Assembly (NCBI RefSeq): GCF_009914755.1
Contig: NC_060930.1
DNA length: 64,000 bases
Reading direction: 5' to 3' (one strand)
Origin: the human T2T-CHM13v2.0 reference genome, Homo sapiens
Positions within the stretch are counted from its first letter, which is position 1. Each line of letters starts with the position of its first letter. The notes under the pieces were generated by a model that saw only the letters and a program-made list of their open reading frames with translations, ran no database searches and was not told the DNA's origin. The position numbers and the translations under genes were made by a program. Shown one piece after another: positions 31,084-45,682 of this stretch.

Positions 31084-31769
31084 TGGTGGTCAGCAGAACA
31101 GTGTTTCCCAAAGATGTCTATGTCCTAATCTGTGGAACCTGAGAGTATGTTATTTTATATGGCAAGGAGGAATTAAGATTGTAGATGGAATTAAGGTTGA
31201 TAATTAATCAACCTTAAAATAGGAAGATTATCCTAGATTGTTCAGATAAGCTCAATGCTCACAGGATCTTTAAAAGTGGAAGCGCCTGGTGCAATGTTTT
31301 ATGACGGTAATTGCAGCACTTTGGGAGGCTGAGGTGGGGAGATTGCTTGGACCCAAGAGATCAAGACCAGCCTGGGCAACACAGAAAGACTCCATTTCTG
31401 CTAGCCAGGCATGGCGGCACATGCCTGTAGTCCCAGCTACCATGGCGGCTGAGGGGAGAGGGTCGCTTGAGCCTGGGAAGTCAAGGCTGTAGTGATCTTT
31501 AATAGCACTACTACCCTCCAGCCTGGATGACAGTCCTAGACCCTGTCTCTAACAGGGACAGGGTCTGGCTCTGTCAAAAGAGAGAGAAAAAGATGTGACA
31601 ATGGCAGCAAGATTGAAGTGAAGCAATATGATGATTCACCACACCATTCCTAGCTTTGAAAATGAAAGTGGGCCAGGACCCAAGGAACGCAAGCAGACTC
31701 TAGAAACTAGAAAAGGTAAAGGGATGGGTTACCATAGAGGGACTTCAAAAGAGAACCAGCCTAGCTGAC
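31084..31769 (+). mobile_element. MLT1D-like LTR, 3' end missing, containing an AluJ
   Basis: cccaaagatgtctatgtcctaatc...gatggaattaaggttg...ctctagaaactagaaaaggtaaag. Confidence 0.8.
31283..31550 (+). mobile_element. AluJ-like element lacking the central linker and A tail
   Basis: gggagattgcttggacccaagag; gtcaaggctgtagtga; agaccctgtctc. Confidence 0.85.
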
Positions 31770-32089
31770 TGAAATAGGTTGGATTCGTGTCCCTGCCCAA
31801 ATCTCATGTTGAATTGTAATCCCTAGTGTTGGAGGTAGGGCCTAGTAGGAGGTAATTAGATCATAAGAGAGGATTTCTCATGTATGGTTTAGTACCATCC
31901 CCTTGGTGCTGTTCTCATGATAGCGAGTGGATTCTCATGAGATCTAGTTGTTTAAAAGTGTGTAGCACTTCCTGCCACACTCTCTCCTGCTCTTGTATTT
32001 GCCATGTGAAGTGTCTGCTTCCCCTTTGCCTTCTGCCCTTAGTGGAAGCTCCCTGAGGTCTTCCCAGAAGCAAATGCTACCATACTTCC
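31770..32089 (+). mobile_element. MSTA-like LTR 1 (3'-truncated)
   Basis: tggtttagtaccatccccttggtgctg; stops at ccatacttcc where the next LTR starts. Confidence 0.85.
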
Positions 32090-32426
32090 TGATATGGTTT
32101 GGCTCTGTGTCCCTACTCAAATCTGAAACTGAATTACAATTCTCAGTGTTGAAGGAGGAGCCTGGTGGAATGTGATTGAAACACAGGGGGACAGACTTGC
32201 TCCTTGCTTTTCTCATGATAGAGTTTTCAAGAGATCCGGTTGTTTAAAGTGTGCAGCACCTCCTCCTCTCTCTCCCCCTCTCTCCTGCCATGATGTGAAG
32301 ACATGCTTGCTTCCCCTTCAGCCTTCGGCCATGATTATAAGTTTCCTGAGGCCTCCCAGCCATGCTTCCTGTACAGACCATGGAACTGTGAGTCATTTAA
32401 ACCTCTTTTCTTCATAAACTATCCAG
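32090..32426 (+). mobile_element. MSTA/THE1D-type LTR 2 (3'-truncated)
   Basis: Starts tgatatggtttggctctgtgtccc; stops at ataaactatccag. Confidence 0.88.
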
Positions 32427-33981
32427 TGATATGGTTTGGCTCTGTGACCCCACCCAAATCTCATGTTGAATTGTAATTCCCAGTGTTGGGGGAGGGACCT
32501 GGTGGGAGGTGATTGGATCATGCAGATATCCCCCTTGCTGTTCTCATGATAGTGAGTGAGTTCTCATGAGATATGGTTGTTTAAAAGTGAGTAGCACTAC
32601 CTCCTTCACTCTCGCTCATTCCCACTATGTCATATGAAGAAGGTCCTTACTTCACCTTCACCCTTCTGCCATGATGGTAAATGTCCTGAGGCTTGCCCAG
32701 TCATGCTTCCTGTTAAGCCTGCAGAAATGTGAGTCAATTAAGCCTCTTTTCTTCATAGCTTACCCAGTCTCAGGTAGTTCTTTGTAGCAGTTTGAGAATG
32801 GACTAATACAAAAAATTGGTACCAGAGAGGTAAGACATTACTATAAAGATACTGAAAATGTGGAAGTGACTTTGGAACTGGGTAACAGGCAGAGTTTGGA
32901 ACAGCTTGAAGGCTCAAAAGAAGACAGGAAGATGTGGGAAAATTTGGAACTCCTAGAGACTTGTTGAATGGTTTTATATACTGAATGTACAAAAATACTG
33001 ATAGTGATATGGACAGTGAAGTCCAGGCTGAGGTGGTCTCAGATGGAGATGAGAAACTTATTGGGAACTAGAGTAAATGTCACGCTTTCTATACTTTAAC
33101 AAAGAGACTGGAAGCATTGTGCCCCTGCTCTAGGCATCTGTAGAACTTTGAACTTGAGATTGATGATTTAGGGTATCTGGTGGAAGAAGTTTCTAAGCAG
33201 CAAAGCATTCAAGATGTGGTCTGGCTGCTTCTAAAAGCCTATTCTCATTTGCAAAAGCAAATAAATGACCTGAAACTAGAATTTATATTTAAAAGGGAAG
33301 CAGAGCATAAAAGTTTGGAAAATTTTCAGCCTGACCATGTGGTAGAAAAGAAAAACACATTTTTTTGAGGAGGAATTCAGGGCTGCAGAACTTTGCATAA
33401 GTAAAGAAGAGTCAAATATTAATAGCCAGGATGATGGGAAAATGCCTCCAGTACATTTCAGAGACCTTTGTGGCAGCTTCTCCCATCACAGGCCTGGAGA
33501 CCTAAGAGGAAAAAAGTGGTTTCATGGGCCAGGCCCAGGGCCCCACTGCTCTGTGCAGCATCAGGACATGGCGCCCCGAATCTCAGCCACTCCATTTCCA
33601 GCCATGATTAAAAGTCCACAGATACATCTCAGTCCACTGCTCCAGAGGATGCAAGCTATAAGAAGCCCTGGAAGCTTCCATGTGGTGTTGGGCCTGCAGG
33701 TATACAGAGGGCTAGAGTTAAAGCTTGAGAGCCTCCACCTAGATTTCAGAAGACATGTAGAAATGCCTGGATGTCCAGGCAGAAGTCTGATGTGGGGACA
33801 GAGCTCTCATGGAGAACTTCCAGAGCAGTCTGGATGGGAAATAGGAGGTTGGAGCCCCTACATGGAGTCCCCACTGGGGCACTGCCTAGTGGAGCTATGA
33901 GAAGAGGCCACCATCCTGCAGACCCCAGAATGGTAGAGAGCTTGCACCAGGCACCTAGAAAAGCCACAGGCACTCAATGCC
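32427..33981 (+). mobile_element. MSTA/THE1D-type LTR 3 (32427-32810) plus partial MaLR internal sequence
   Basis: tgatatggtttggc...gactaataca then aaattggtacc and gtggaagtgactttggaactgggtaacaggcagag. Confidence 0.92.
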
Positions 33982-34544
33982 GCTCAGAAAGCAGGACTGT
34001 GACATGGCCTTTCCTCTCTCGGATTTGGATGCTTCAGCTTGAGTTTGTAGGATTTTGTAAGGGTGAGTCACAGTATTTCACTGGATACAGAGAAATCTGA
34101 CACTCCACAGATTCTAGAATAGGCCAAATTCCATGAATTATGTGAGATATTGAAATACTCTTTTCAAATACCTTGTTTCTTTATACTTAAGGTTATAAGG
34201 CCAATCAGAACTTGGAGGAATGGGCTATTCATTCTTTCACAGCTTTCTTATGGTAACACACTGCCTTCAAATGAGATTCAGGAAAATGGAACATGTAGCC
34301 TTAAATCTGGCTTCACACCATTTCCCATGTGTCACCTCAAGGCTTGATCCTGATTGACACCATGTAGCATGCCACTGGGCTGTCTGCTTTGGAGTCAGCA
34401 TAAGAGAGGAAGGGCTGTGGCACAGTCCTGCTTTCTGAGCCGTATTCATGTGGGTTTATATGTTTTAGTTATAGCTAAATGTTTTCCCAGTATGTGAGAT
34501 TGCTCTTCCTGGGTGTCCTCATCAGTTTATAATAAAGATGTATA

Positions 34545-34765
34545 GTGTAACTTCCCTGAGTTCAGAGTGCCCAAGAATAAATGCTGGCTCCATCGTTTAT
34601 TAGATGAGCAACTTCAGGCAAGTTACCTCATCTCTGTTTCTCTATTTGTAAAACTGCTTTACAGGATTCTTGTGAGGACAATATTAGTCGTCATATAGTG
34701 CTAGGCTAAAGGTCTGCAATATGTAATTAGCCTGCCATAAATGTTAACTTCTATTATTACCTATT
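34545..34765 (+). mobile_element. MIR
   Basis: ggcaagttacctcatctctgtttc...tgtaaaa core. Confidence 0.65.
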
Positions 34766-35964
34766 TAGGTGACTTGTGAGTGATAACATTTAAATATGAA
34801 TGTATGATGCTTTCATGGGTTTGAGAGACAAAGTATGTAACCTCACCATAGGTGAAGGAACCAGAAACATGGAATATCAGCAGCACAAAGCCTAAATCTA
34901 CAAATGTATGAGTACTTTAGATAGGAGAGACTACGTTGACATTCTACACCAGATTTCGTACAATTTTAGGGTGAAAAAATGTAAAGTCCAAGAATTTCAT
35001 TTGACATCTACTATATAAAGAACATTACAATATTTACTTACAAAAGACAATGACAGAAATTAAAATTATAGCCTCCAGGGGATTCTTATTGAGTTATAGA
35101 CTTAAACCTCAAAAGGAAGTATGCCATTGTTTATTGTAATTTTCTTCCTTTAACTTCTTCAGTCTTCACCTTCATTATCACCCTTACATAGGGTTTCTTA
35201 GAGTCCCAAGCTAGAGAGATCTTGACTGACCTGCGCTGGCACAGTGTATCTAATGCTATTCTTCTCCTCTAAGCTCAATTCCACTTGTGAACTCAGTTGT
35301 ATTTGAGACCTCAAATCAGGAGCATGTTTTGTTTAAATTTTGTTGACAAACACCAGCATCGTAAAGATCTTGAGTCCTAAAACCTGGCATTTATGGGACT
35401 GTATTAGGGGGTGAGAATCTAGGGAAGAGTGGCATGGTCCCTCTACTGCAGGAACTCATTCACCTCTAATAAGAAGCAAGCACCAAACACGTGGCATCAT
35501 TACAGCATAGGCAGTGCTGGACAGAATGAGGGAAAATGTCCTGGGGACTCAGAGAAGAAGCAATTAACTTTTTCTAGAAGGTAGTGGAGGAAGTCCTGGG
35601 AGGCTGCAGCAAGAGCAAACATCTCTCCCATGTCAAGGACACATGAAGGTCCACAAAAGAAAAGGTTTAACAGACTGCATAGAAGATTACATTTTCATCA
35701 GATTCACAGCCTGCATCCCTGATTCCCTTTCTATGGCCCCAAATTTGGCAAAACCTGAATTAGTCAGAGGGGGTTAGCTCCCCATGAGTGTCTGTTCCAA
35801 GAACATTAACAAGTCCTTTCTCAATGAATACAGCCTGTGACTCAGTTCAGACTCCACTGACAAAATCGCTTAGGCTATTTACTAAGATATTTCTTTGAAC
35901 TAAATCTCTTAAACTGCAAATGCGTTTATTCAAGGATATTTTCCTATAAATGCTAGTGCTTGTG

Positions 35965-36165
35965 CACGTTGACTCTGGAGTTATTTTTTTGCGGCCTAGG
36001 GCATTTGGGCAAGTTGTTTAACTTGTTTCTGTCTGAGTACTTCATCTGTAAAATATAGAAAAGATAGAATGTGTCAGTCAGGGTTGATTAAGGATTAAAG
36101 GTGTCATACACTGAAAGTAGAGTGCCTGGTACCCAGTGACTGCTCTATAGCTGTTCTATCATAAT
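35965..36165 (+). mobile_element. MIR
   Basis: ttgggcaagttgtttaac...ttcatctgtaaaat...agtgcctggta. Confidence 0.65.
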
Positions 36166-38285
36166 TCACACAACTTTATGCCATTGAATTTATTCTTTGA
36201 AGACAGAGAAAAGGAGAAGGAAGAGTAATCTCATTTCATAATATTGCCTAAGGCCAGCCTGGAAAGAATGTTTTTTTTTTCCTTCCCTGAAAGATGATAA
36301 TAATTATGACAACAATTGTCACAGTTATTTTAAAATTTTTGCTGCTCTATTGTATATTTAATCAAAATGGGAAATGTTTTGTCACATAATAATTGATCAT
36401 GAGTCTGATGACAAGTGGTTCTGGGCATCTATCAAATGAACATTAATACATAATACATTTTTTAAGTCACCAGATAAAGGTCTTTATATTACAATTTCTA
36501 CATTTTCAGATTTGTTTATCTTTGTGTTCTCTCAGGGAATTTGCACCATTTGTTTATCATTTTGTGTCAAAATATCCGTACTGGCATTCTAGGCCTTGTG
36601 GGGATAAGAGACATACAAGGAAGGGCCCTGGCTCCAGAGCTTCCAGCCACTGCTCTGTCTTTGCCATATGGGTCTAGTACTACTCGCTACTACTCTCTAG
36701 GGTTTCCATGTAGAATGCTTCAATATTTCAATCTAATGGCAGACCTTTCTTCCAACCTAAACAATTTCCAGACATACAGTCTTAGCCAGCCAAATGTCAT
36801 CTTTTCTGAATAGGTCAGTGTGCAGCTGCAAAGATCTCGAGAGCTATTGCATCCTGGAGTGGCATGACATTTTGTGGATCAATGCAGTTAAATAGAATTC
36901 TCAGCTGATGATCAGAAACTCAGTTATTGACCAATCCTGGCTTTACACAAATATTAGCAATTTACACTAAAAAGGCTAATATTACTACTGAGGATTTAGT
37001 GTATCTGAGTTGATTCTCAGCACTGTGGCAATTTTGGAAAATAATTCATGGAGAGATACACTTACAAATATAATAAACATAACTTTTAATCATCTTTGTA
37101 AATATAAAAGCATATTATAATATATATGTATTATTATAATTAGAGTAGTGTAAACCTAACAAGAAATTATCTTGAGAGGTCAATGCTTTCTCTTTCATTT
37201 GCAATTCTATGCTTATTTCCTTGCTTAATATACTTTTCTTTTTGGATTTTCCTTTTGGTAAATACTTTTTATAACTATTTTCTAGCTGTATTTATAACAA
37301 TTTTACTGTTATAGCTCAGCAAAAAGTTAAATTACATTGTTCGCCCGTATTCTTTTACTTAGCCATTCATTTGTTCTCTTATTCAACAAACCTTGGTGCA
37401 GTCTTCTACATGTCATGCCCTAATTTAGCACTAGAATTATAAAAATCAAGATAGAGATTTTTTTTCCTTAGTGGGATGGGCTAATGAGAGTGCTGAAAGG
37501 GTGTATTTCTAAAATAAATCCCACTCAAAAGGATTTTGTGCTACAACACAGAATATTCAGAAACATTTATCTCTAAAACTAAATCTAATTCTGTAAGTAT
37601 AATCCCAGGAAGAAGTTCCAGTTAGGAATATACAAACATTATAGCCCTCCAGGGTGATAATTTTGAAATTAGTAGGTAAATGCTGGAATTTTTGCCCCAA
37701 AGAAATACTACTTCTTTATACCTGCACTTCACTTTCATACATGCATTATTTCTCCTGAGGTTCATAACTTGAAAGCCCAACATATATTTACACAATTTTG
37801 AGGAACAGAGCTGGTAAGTCACATTTCCATTTATGTGGTGGCACAAGTTAAAGAACTCACTGCAAAAAGGATAATAAAGGTAATGATGAAACCACAAACA
37901 CAGCCTCAATATACACCTACAAAATATGCCTGATTCTTACAACAGAAGCTGCAAGTACTCATGCATGAAATTCTGCTTAAATTCTTCAGAGAGTCAGAGA
38001 TCACAAGTTAACAATTATTCTTATTATTGAAGTATCGAGCTATCTGTACAAACCAACCAGATCCTCATAAATTTGCTATGTGATGTCACAGATAGATAAT
38101 ATTCTATCAGCTTTATTATTTCAAAAAATGGAAACTAAGATTAATATTTACTAAAAACCAATGTTGCTTCAGACATGTAAGTAAAGACCAACACCATTAG
38201 GTTAGAATAATTGCTAATCTTTTTGGAAGAATTTAAACTAAACATTCCAAATAAGATATTCTATCACTTACAAAAAAACTCTGAA

Positions 38286-40174
<1,889 letters not shown>

Positions 40175-40277
40175 ACAAAAAAACTCTGAAAGAGAGCTGC
40201 TAATATTTGACTGTGCTTGTGAATTGTGGGGTATGGAGAATGAGGGGAAGAAAGTCATTAAACTGAAGATTTTTATT

Positions 40278-41502
40278 CTGTGGGTGAGCTAGAGACTGTG
40301 AGCTCCAAAGCCACTGTTTTGTAAAAAGGCCATAATATGCAAAGTGACCCCCAAACACAGAAGGAGTCTAGAAACCTAATAATTAGTTAGAAAAATTGTT
40401 TGTTGACAAAGGGTGATTTATTGGGGGAATTTACAGACAGAAGCATGGTCTTGGACAGTAGCAAGACAGGTAGGTCTCAGCACCATTACTCTCTAGACCC
40501 AGGACCTATATACCATGAGTCTATGGGGTCTATACGTGAGACAATTAAAGGCAACCCTCCAGAACAGATAAGAAAGCTATGTGCTTCGTAGCCTATATTT
40601 TCTGTGATAACATCAAGATTGCTTCTATCTAAAGGCAAGATTTATACTAAATACATGTTATTACACTAAAGACAGTAAATAAAATAGGAATCAGGAGGCA
40701 TTCGTGGGACTGGAGTTAATCAGAAGTCCAAATAGCAGACTAGCATCCAAGATGGCATCACTTCTGTCTCCATAGCCTCCCTTCTGTAGTCTGTGTTTTG
40801 ATGGATGAAGCTAAGGCTTTTCAGTTAACATTTCTGTTTTGCCAAGTTGGTCTGTGTTAGACTCTAACAGTTGAGCACTAGATGAAGACTGCAAGGATGA
40901 AGGAAAAGGAAATCTGTTCCTTCCTGTTTGTTTTCTCTGGGCTTCCTGTCTGTTTCATGTGCCTGTGAATGTCATTTTAACAATATTGTTTCATACTGAC
41001 AGTACAGTTCCTTCCTGCAGCAACAGATGAATTTGGTTTATATTTTCTAACACTTGTGGAAGTAGTCTCATTGCATTTCCCCTCCATCACAGAAAACCAG
41101 CACTAGTCCATAAGAGTTCCCCACTCAAAGACTTGATCATCAGATTCATGGAGGCTGCTTCTTTGAGCTGAGATGCCAGTGCCAGTTGGCTCTTATGAAG
41201 TGTCCCAGCCCAGTGGAGTCCGTTCTCTATGTTCAGTGTCACCAATATCAGCTACCAGCATCCCTCTTCTGTTGGTCTGGTTATCTCCATGGAGTCTCTT
41301 CATGCTCCTAAGATTTAATAATTTAGCCCTTGGAGTGGAGCCGCTTCTTACACTTGTTACATCTATAATACCCTAGTGTTTTCTTTTTGCCTTTAAAAAT
41401 GTATCTATGTAGCATCTTTAATTCTACTTAATTCTTAATCTTACATTCTATCTGATAAAATGACAGTCTTATCCTTTTCTTCCTGACTGGACGTTGACTG
41501 GT
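40278..41502 (+). mobile_element. LTR33-like ERVL LTR, split by an LTR47-like LTR
   Basis: acatttctgttttgccaag...gcactagatgaagactg...ttcctgactggacgttgactg. Confidence 0.5.
40315..40774 (-). mobile_element. LTR47-like solo LTR
   Basis: ttaatcagaagtc...tagcatccaagatgg...tctccata end; near-TSD gccac/gcctc. Confidence 0.65.
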
Positions 41503-41504
41503 GG

Positions 41505-41600
41505 AGATGTGGGAAGGGCCTTGATATTCTGAATGTCTAACAAGCTCCCAGATGATGCTGATATTGTTGGTCCATGTGTCACAATCTGATGACGTAGAAT
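41505..41600. mobile_element. MER5-like fragment
   Basis: taacaagctcccagatgatgctgat. Confidence 0.6.
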
Positions 41601-41915
41601 GGCAGGGAGACTTGTGAAAATTTTTAATATATGGTATTTTCATATAATTCAAATGGTACATGTGAACACTGAACATTTGTAAATGAAGAGATTAATTAAA
41701 GATGTAATACTAATAAACGCTTTAAATGAAATAGTTATTCTCCATACAGATATCCTGGCACGAGAACAATATGGGCACCTTGAGGAACATCTTCATATCT
41801 TAAGATAAATCCATACCAAATGAGAAACAGGAGTCATTCTGACCTAACACTTGCTTTTTATGTTCTGGCTGGAATGTGTTGGTGAGGGAATGAGTGTTTT
41901 AGAAAAGGATATAAT

Positions 41916-42044
41916 TATACCTCATGCTAAATGACGAGTTAATGGGTGCAGCACACCAGCATGGCACATGTATACATATGTAACTAGCCGGCACATTGTG
42001 CACATGTACCCTAAAACTTAAAGTATAATAATATAATAATAATA
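41916..42044 (+). mobile_element. L1PA3-like extreme 3' fragment
   Basis: gctaaatgacgagttaatgggtgcagcacaccagcatgg...ccctaaaacttaaagtataat. Confidence 0.93.
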
Positions 42045-42154
42045 TAGTACAATATTAAACTAGAAATTTTCCATTGGTATAAAAAAAAAAGAAAACTGAA
42101 AAAAAAAATCCACTGACTGCCTGTCTTAACCTGCTACATTTGATACAACAATGA

Positions 42155-42487
<333 letters not shown>

Positions 42488-42492
42488 CTAAT

Positions 42493-42795
42493 TTTTTTTT
42501 TTTTTTTTTTTTAGATGGGATCTCACTTTGTCTCCCAGCCTGGAGTGCAGTGGCACAATTAGGCTCACTGCAGCCTTAACTTCCTGGGATTAAGGGATCC
42601 TTTTACTTCAGCCTCCCAAGTAACTGGGACTACAGGCACACACCACCACACCAAACTAATTTTTTCTGCTTTTTTGTAGAGACACAGGTTTCACTATTTT
42701 GCCTAGGCTGGTCTCGAACTCCTGGGCTCAAGTGATCTGCCCACGTTGGCCTCCCAAAATGCTGGGATTATAGACATGAGCCACCGCCTATAGCC
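42493..42795 (-). mobile_element. AluJ
   Basis: ggctcactgcagcctt; ctcctgggctcaagtgatc; degenerate TSD agcagcatttactt/agcatcatttgctt flanks the Alu pair. Confidence 0.92.
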
Positions 42796-43734
42796 AGCAT
42801 CATTTGCTTCTACATGTCAATAATGTGCTTGGCATAATCCATCAAACCTAATACATATAGATTGAAATAATTAAGATTCCAAAATACATAAACGATGATA
42901 TATCGAGAAAGAACTGTCCAATTTATAGTGATAGGGTTTTACATATATTTGAAATCTGATCTCAAGAGAGATTGTCAGAATCTAGCAACAGCTATCATTA
43001 GCTTCTGCTTCAACCTGGCAAATGAATAAGTTCAAGGATGTGTTATAATGGCTTGCAAAAGCCAAATGTTAACAAGAGGCATAAGAGGCATAGGTATGAA
43101 TAATACCATGGCAAAATGCACTAATAACCTAATCTAGTGGATTCATTGTTTGTACCGTTCTGAACCAGGCCTGTAGAAATATATATGAAAGGGATTGCCA
43201 AGTACCTCTCCAAACACCCAAGAATGGCCTCGGAAATATAAAAAATAACCACTCCTCCATAAAACAGATTAAACTTCTCAAAAAAACTGAACAGTACTAT
43301 TACTCTAATGAGGTGGTTATAGAGATTGGGGATCTATTTCAAATAAGAATAATGCTGCCTTTACAGTTGTAAAAGCTAATTATAAGAATTAATATAATTT
43401 ATCTGTGACTTTTATCAACTTTACTTCAATCAAGTACAACTGTGGCAACTACACAAAATCCCAAAATTTAGGGATGCTTAGAATTTAAGCATTCATCTGT
43501 AGAAACCTATACAAAGTACAATTACATAAATTGCATCTAAATATTTGCCTAGACAATTAGTATAAGGAAATCAGTCACTTTGGAGCTTGTATGCTTTAAA
43601 AGGGATAAGAGGTCACTTAACACCTCTTTAACAGTCTGTGAAGATGGTGTTCATCCTGTTTATCAAGACATTGGGCCTGGTGCCTGGAAAATTATAAACA
43701 TTCAATAACTAAGCTTTTAAAGGTAGTTAAATAG

Positions 43735-44070
<336 letters not shown>

Positions 44071-44446
44071 AAGTTTTGAATCATTCTAGTTTAAGGAATA
44101 GGTGTTCTGTAAAGTACTTGGATAATCTTAGGGAGTAATCTTAGGGAGTAAGTACATTAGCATAATGGACTCCAGGGAATTATAGTTGTACCTAATTTGC
44201 ACTGAAATTTATTAGTGATGGTTACCAGGTTGGAAGGATATGGCCATGGGCAAAGGATACTTCTCTTAGAAAAGATGACAGAGAGACTAGATACTAGTAA
44301 ACATGACTTTAGAAGAAAAATTTCACAGTAAGTTAGAGGAGAAAGGCACTGTATATTTTTTCTTTTTTGATAGAATAATACCTGAAATCCAGATGATTGT
44401 CCAGTTTTTCAGAACATTTTGAAATTTGAAATTGCCTATTTCATAA

Positions 44447-45646
44447 GTAGCTCTTATTATTTTGAGACACGTTCCATCGATACCAAGTTTATTGAGAGTT
44501 TTAGCATGAAGGGGTGTTGAATTTTGTCGAAGGCCTTTTCTGCATTTATTGAGATAATCACGTGGTTTTTGTCATTGGTTCTGTTTATGTGATGGATTAT
44601 GTTTATTGATTTGTGTATGTTGAACCAGCCTTGCATCCCAGGGATGAAGCTGACTTGATCGTGGTGGATAAGCTTTTTGATGTGCTGCTGGATTTGGTTT
44701 GCCAGTAGTTTATTGAGGATTTTCACATAGATGTTCATCAGTGATATTGGCCTGAAATTTTTTTGTTGTTGTTCTGTCTCTGCAAGATTTTGGTATCAGG
44801 ATGATGCTGGTCTCATAAAATGAGTTAGGGAGGATTCCCTCTTTATCTATTGTTTGGAGTAGTTTTTGAAGGAATGGTACCAGCTCCTCTTTGTACCTCT
44901 GGTAGAATTCGGCTGTTAATTCATCTGGTCCTGGACTTTTTTGGTTGGTAGGCTATTAATTATTGCCTCAATTTTGGAACTTCTTATTGGTCTATTCAGG
45001 GATTCCACTTCTTCCTGGTATACTGAATGGGCAAAAACTGGAAGCATTCCCTTTGAAAACTGGCACAAGACAAGGATGCCATCTCTCACCACTCCTATTC
45101 AACATAGTATTGGAAGTTCTGGCCAGGGCAATCAGGCAAGAGAAAGAAATAAAGTGTATTCAAATAGGAAGAGAGGATGTCAAATTGTCTCTGTTTGCAG
45201 ATGACATGATTTTATATTTAGAAAACCCCATAGTCTCAGCCCAAAATCTCCTTAAGCTGATAAGCAACTTCAGCAAAGTCTCAGGATACAAAATCAATGA
45301 GCGAAAATCACAAGCATTCCTATACACAAATAACAGACAAACAGAGAGCCAAATCATCAGTGAACTCCCATTCACAATTGCTACAAACAGAATAAAATGC
45401 CTAGGAATACAACTTACAACGGATGTGAAGGACCTCTTCAAGGAGAATTACAAACAACTGCTCAAGGAAATAAGAGAGGACACAAACAAATGGAAAAACA
45501 TTCCATGCTCATTGATAGGGAGAATCAATATCATGAAAATGGTCATACTGCCCGAAGTAATTTATAGATTCAGTGTTATCCCCATCAAGCTACCACTGAC
45601 TTTCTTCACAGAATTAGAAAAAATTACTTTAACCTTCATACGGAGC

Positions 45647-45682
<36 letters not shown>

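Noticed and set aside
31770-32810. Three ~330-380 bp direct repeats as a satellite or CRISPR-like array
   Set aside because: They are diverged MaLR LTRs; no constant repeat with unique spacers exists anywhere in the window.
33180-34100. ORFs in the MaLR internal region
   Set aside because: Fragmented remnants of MaLR internal sequence with frameshifts; no intact gene.
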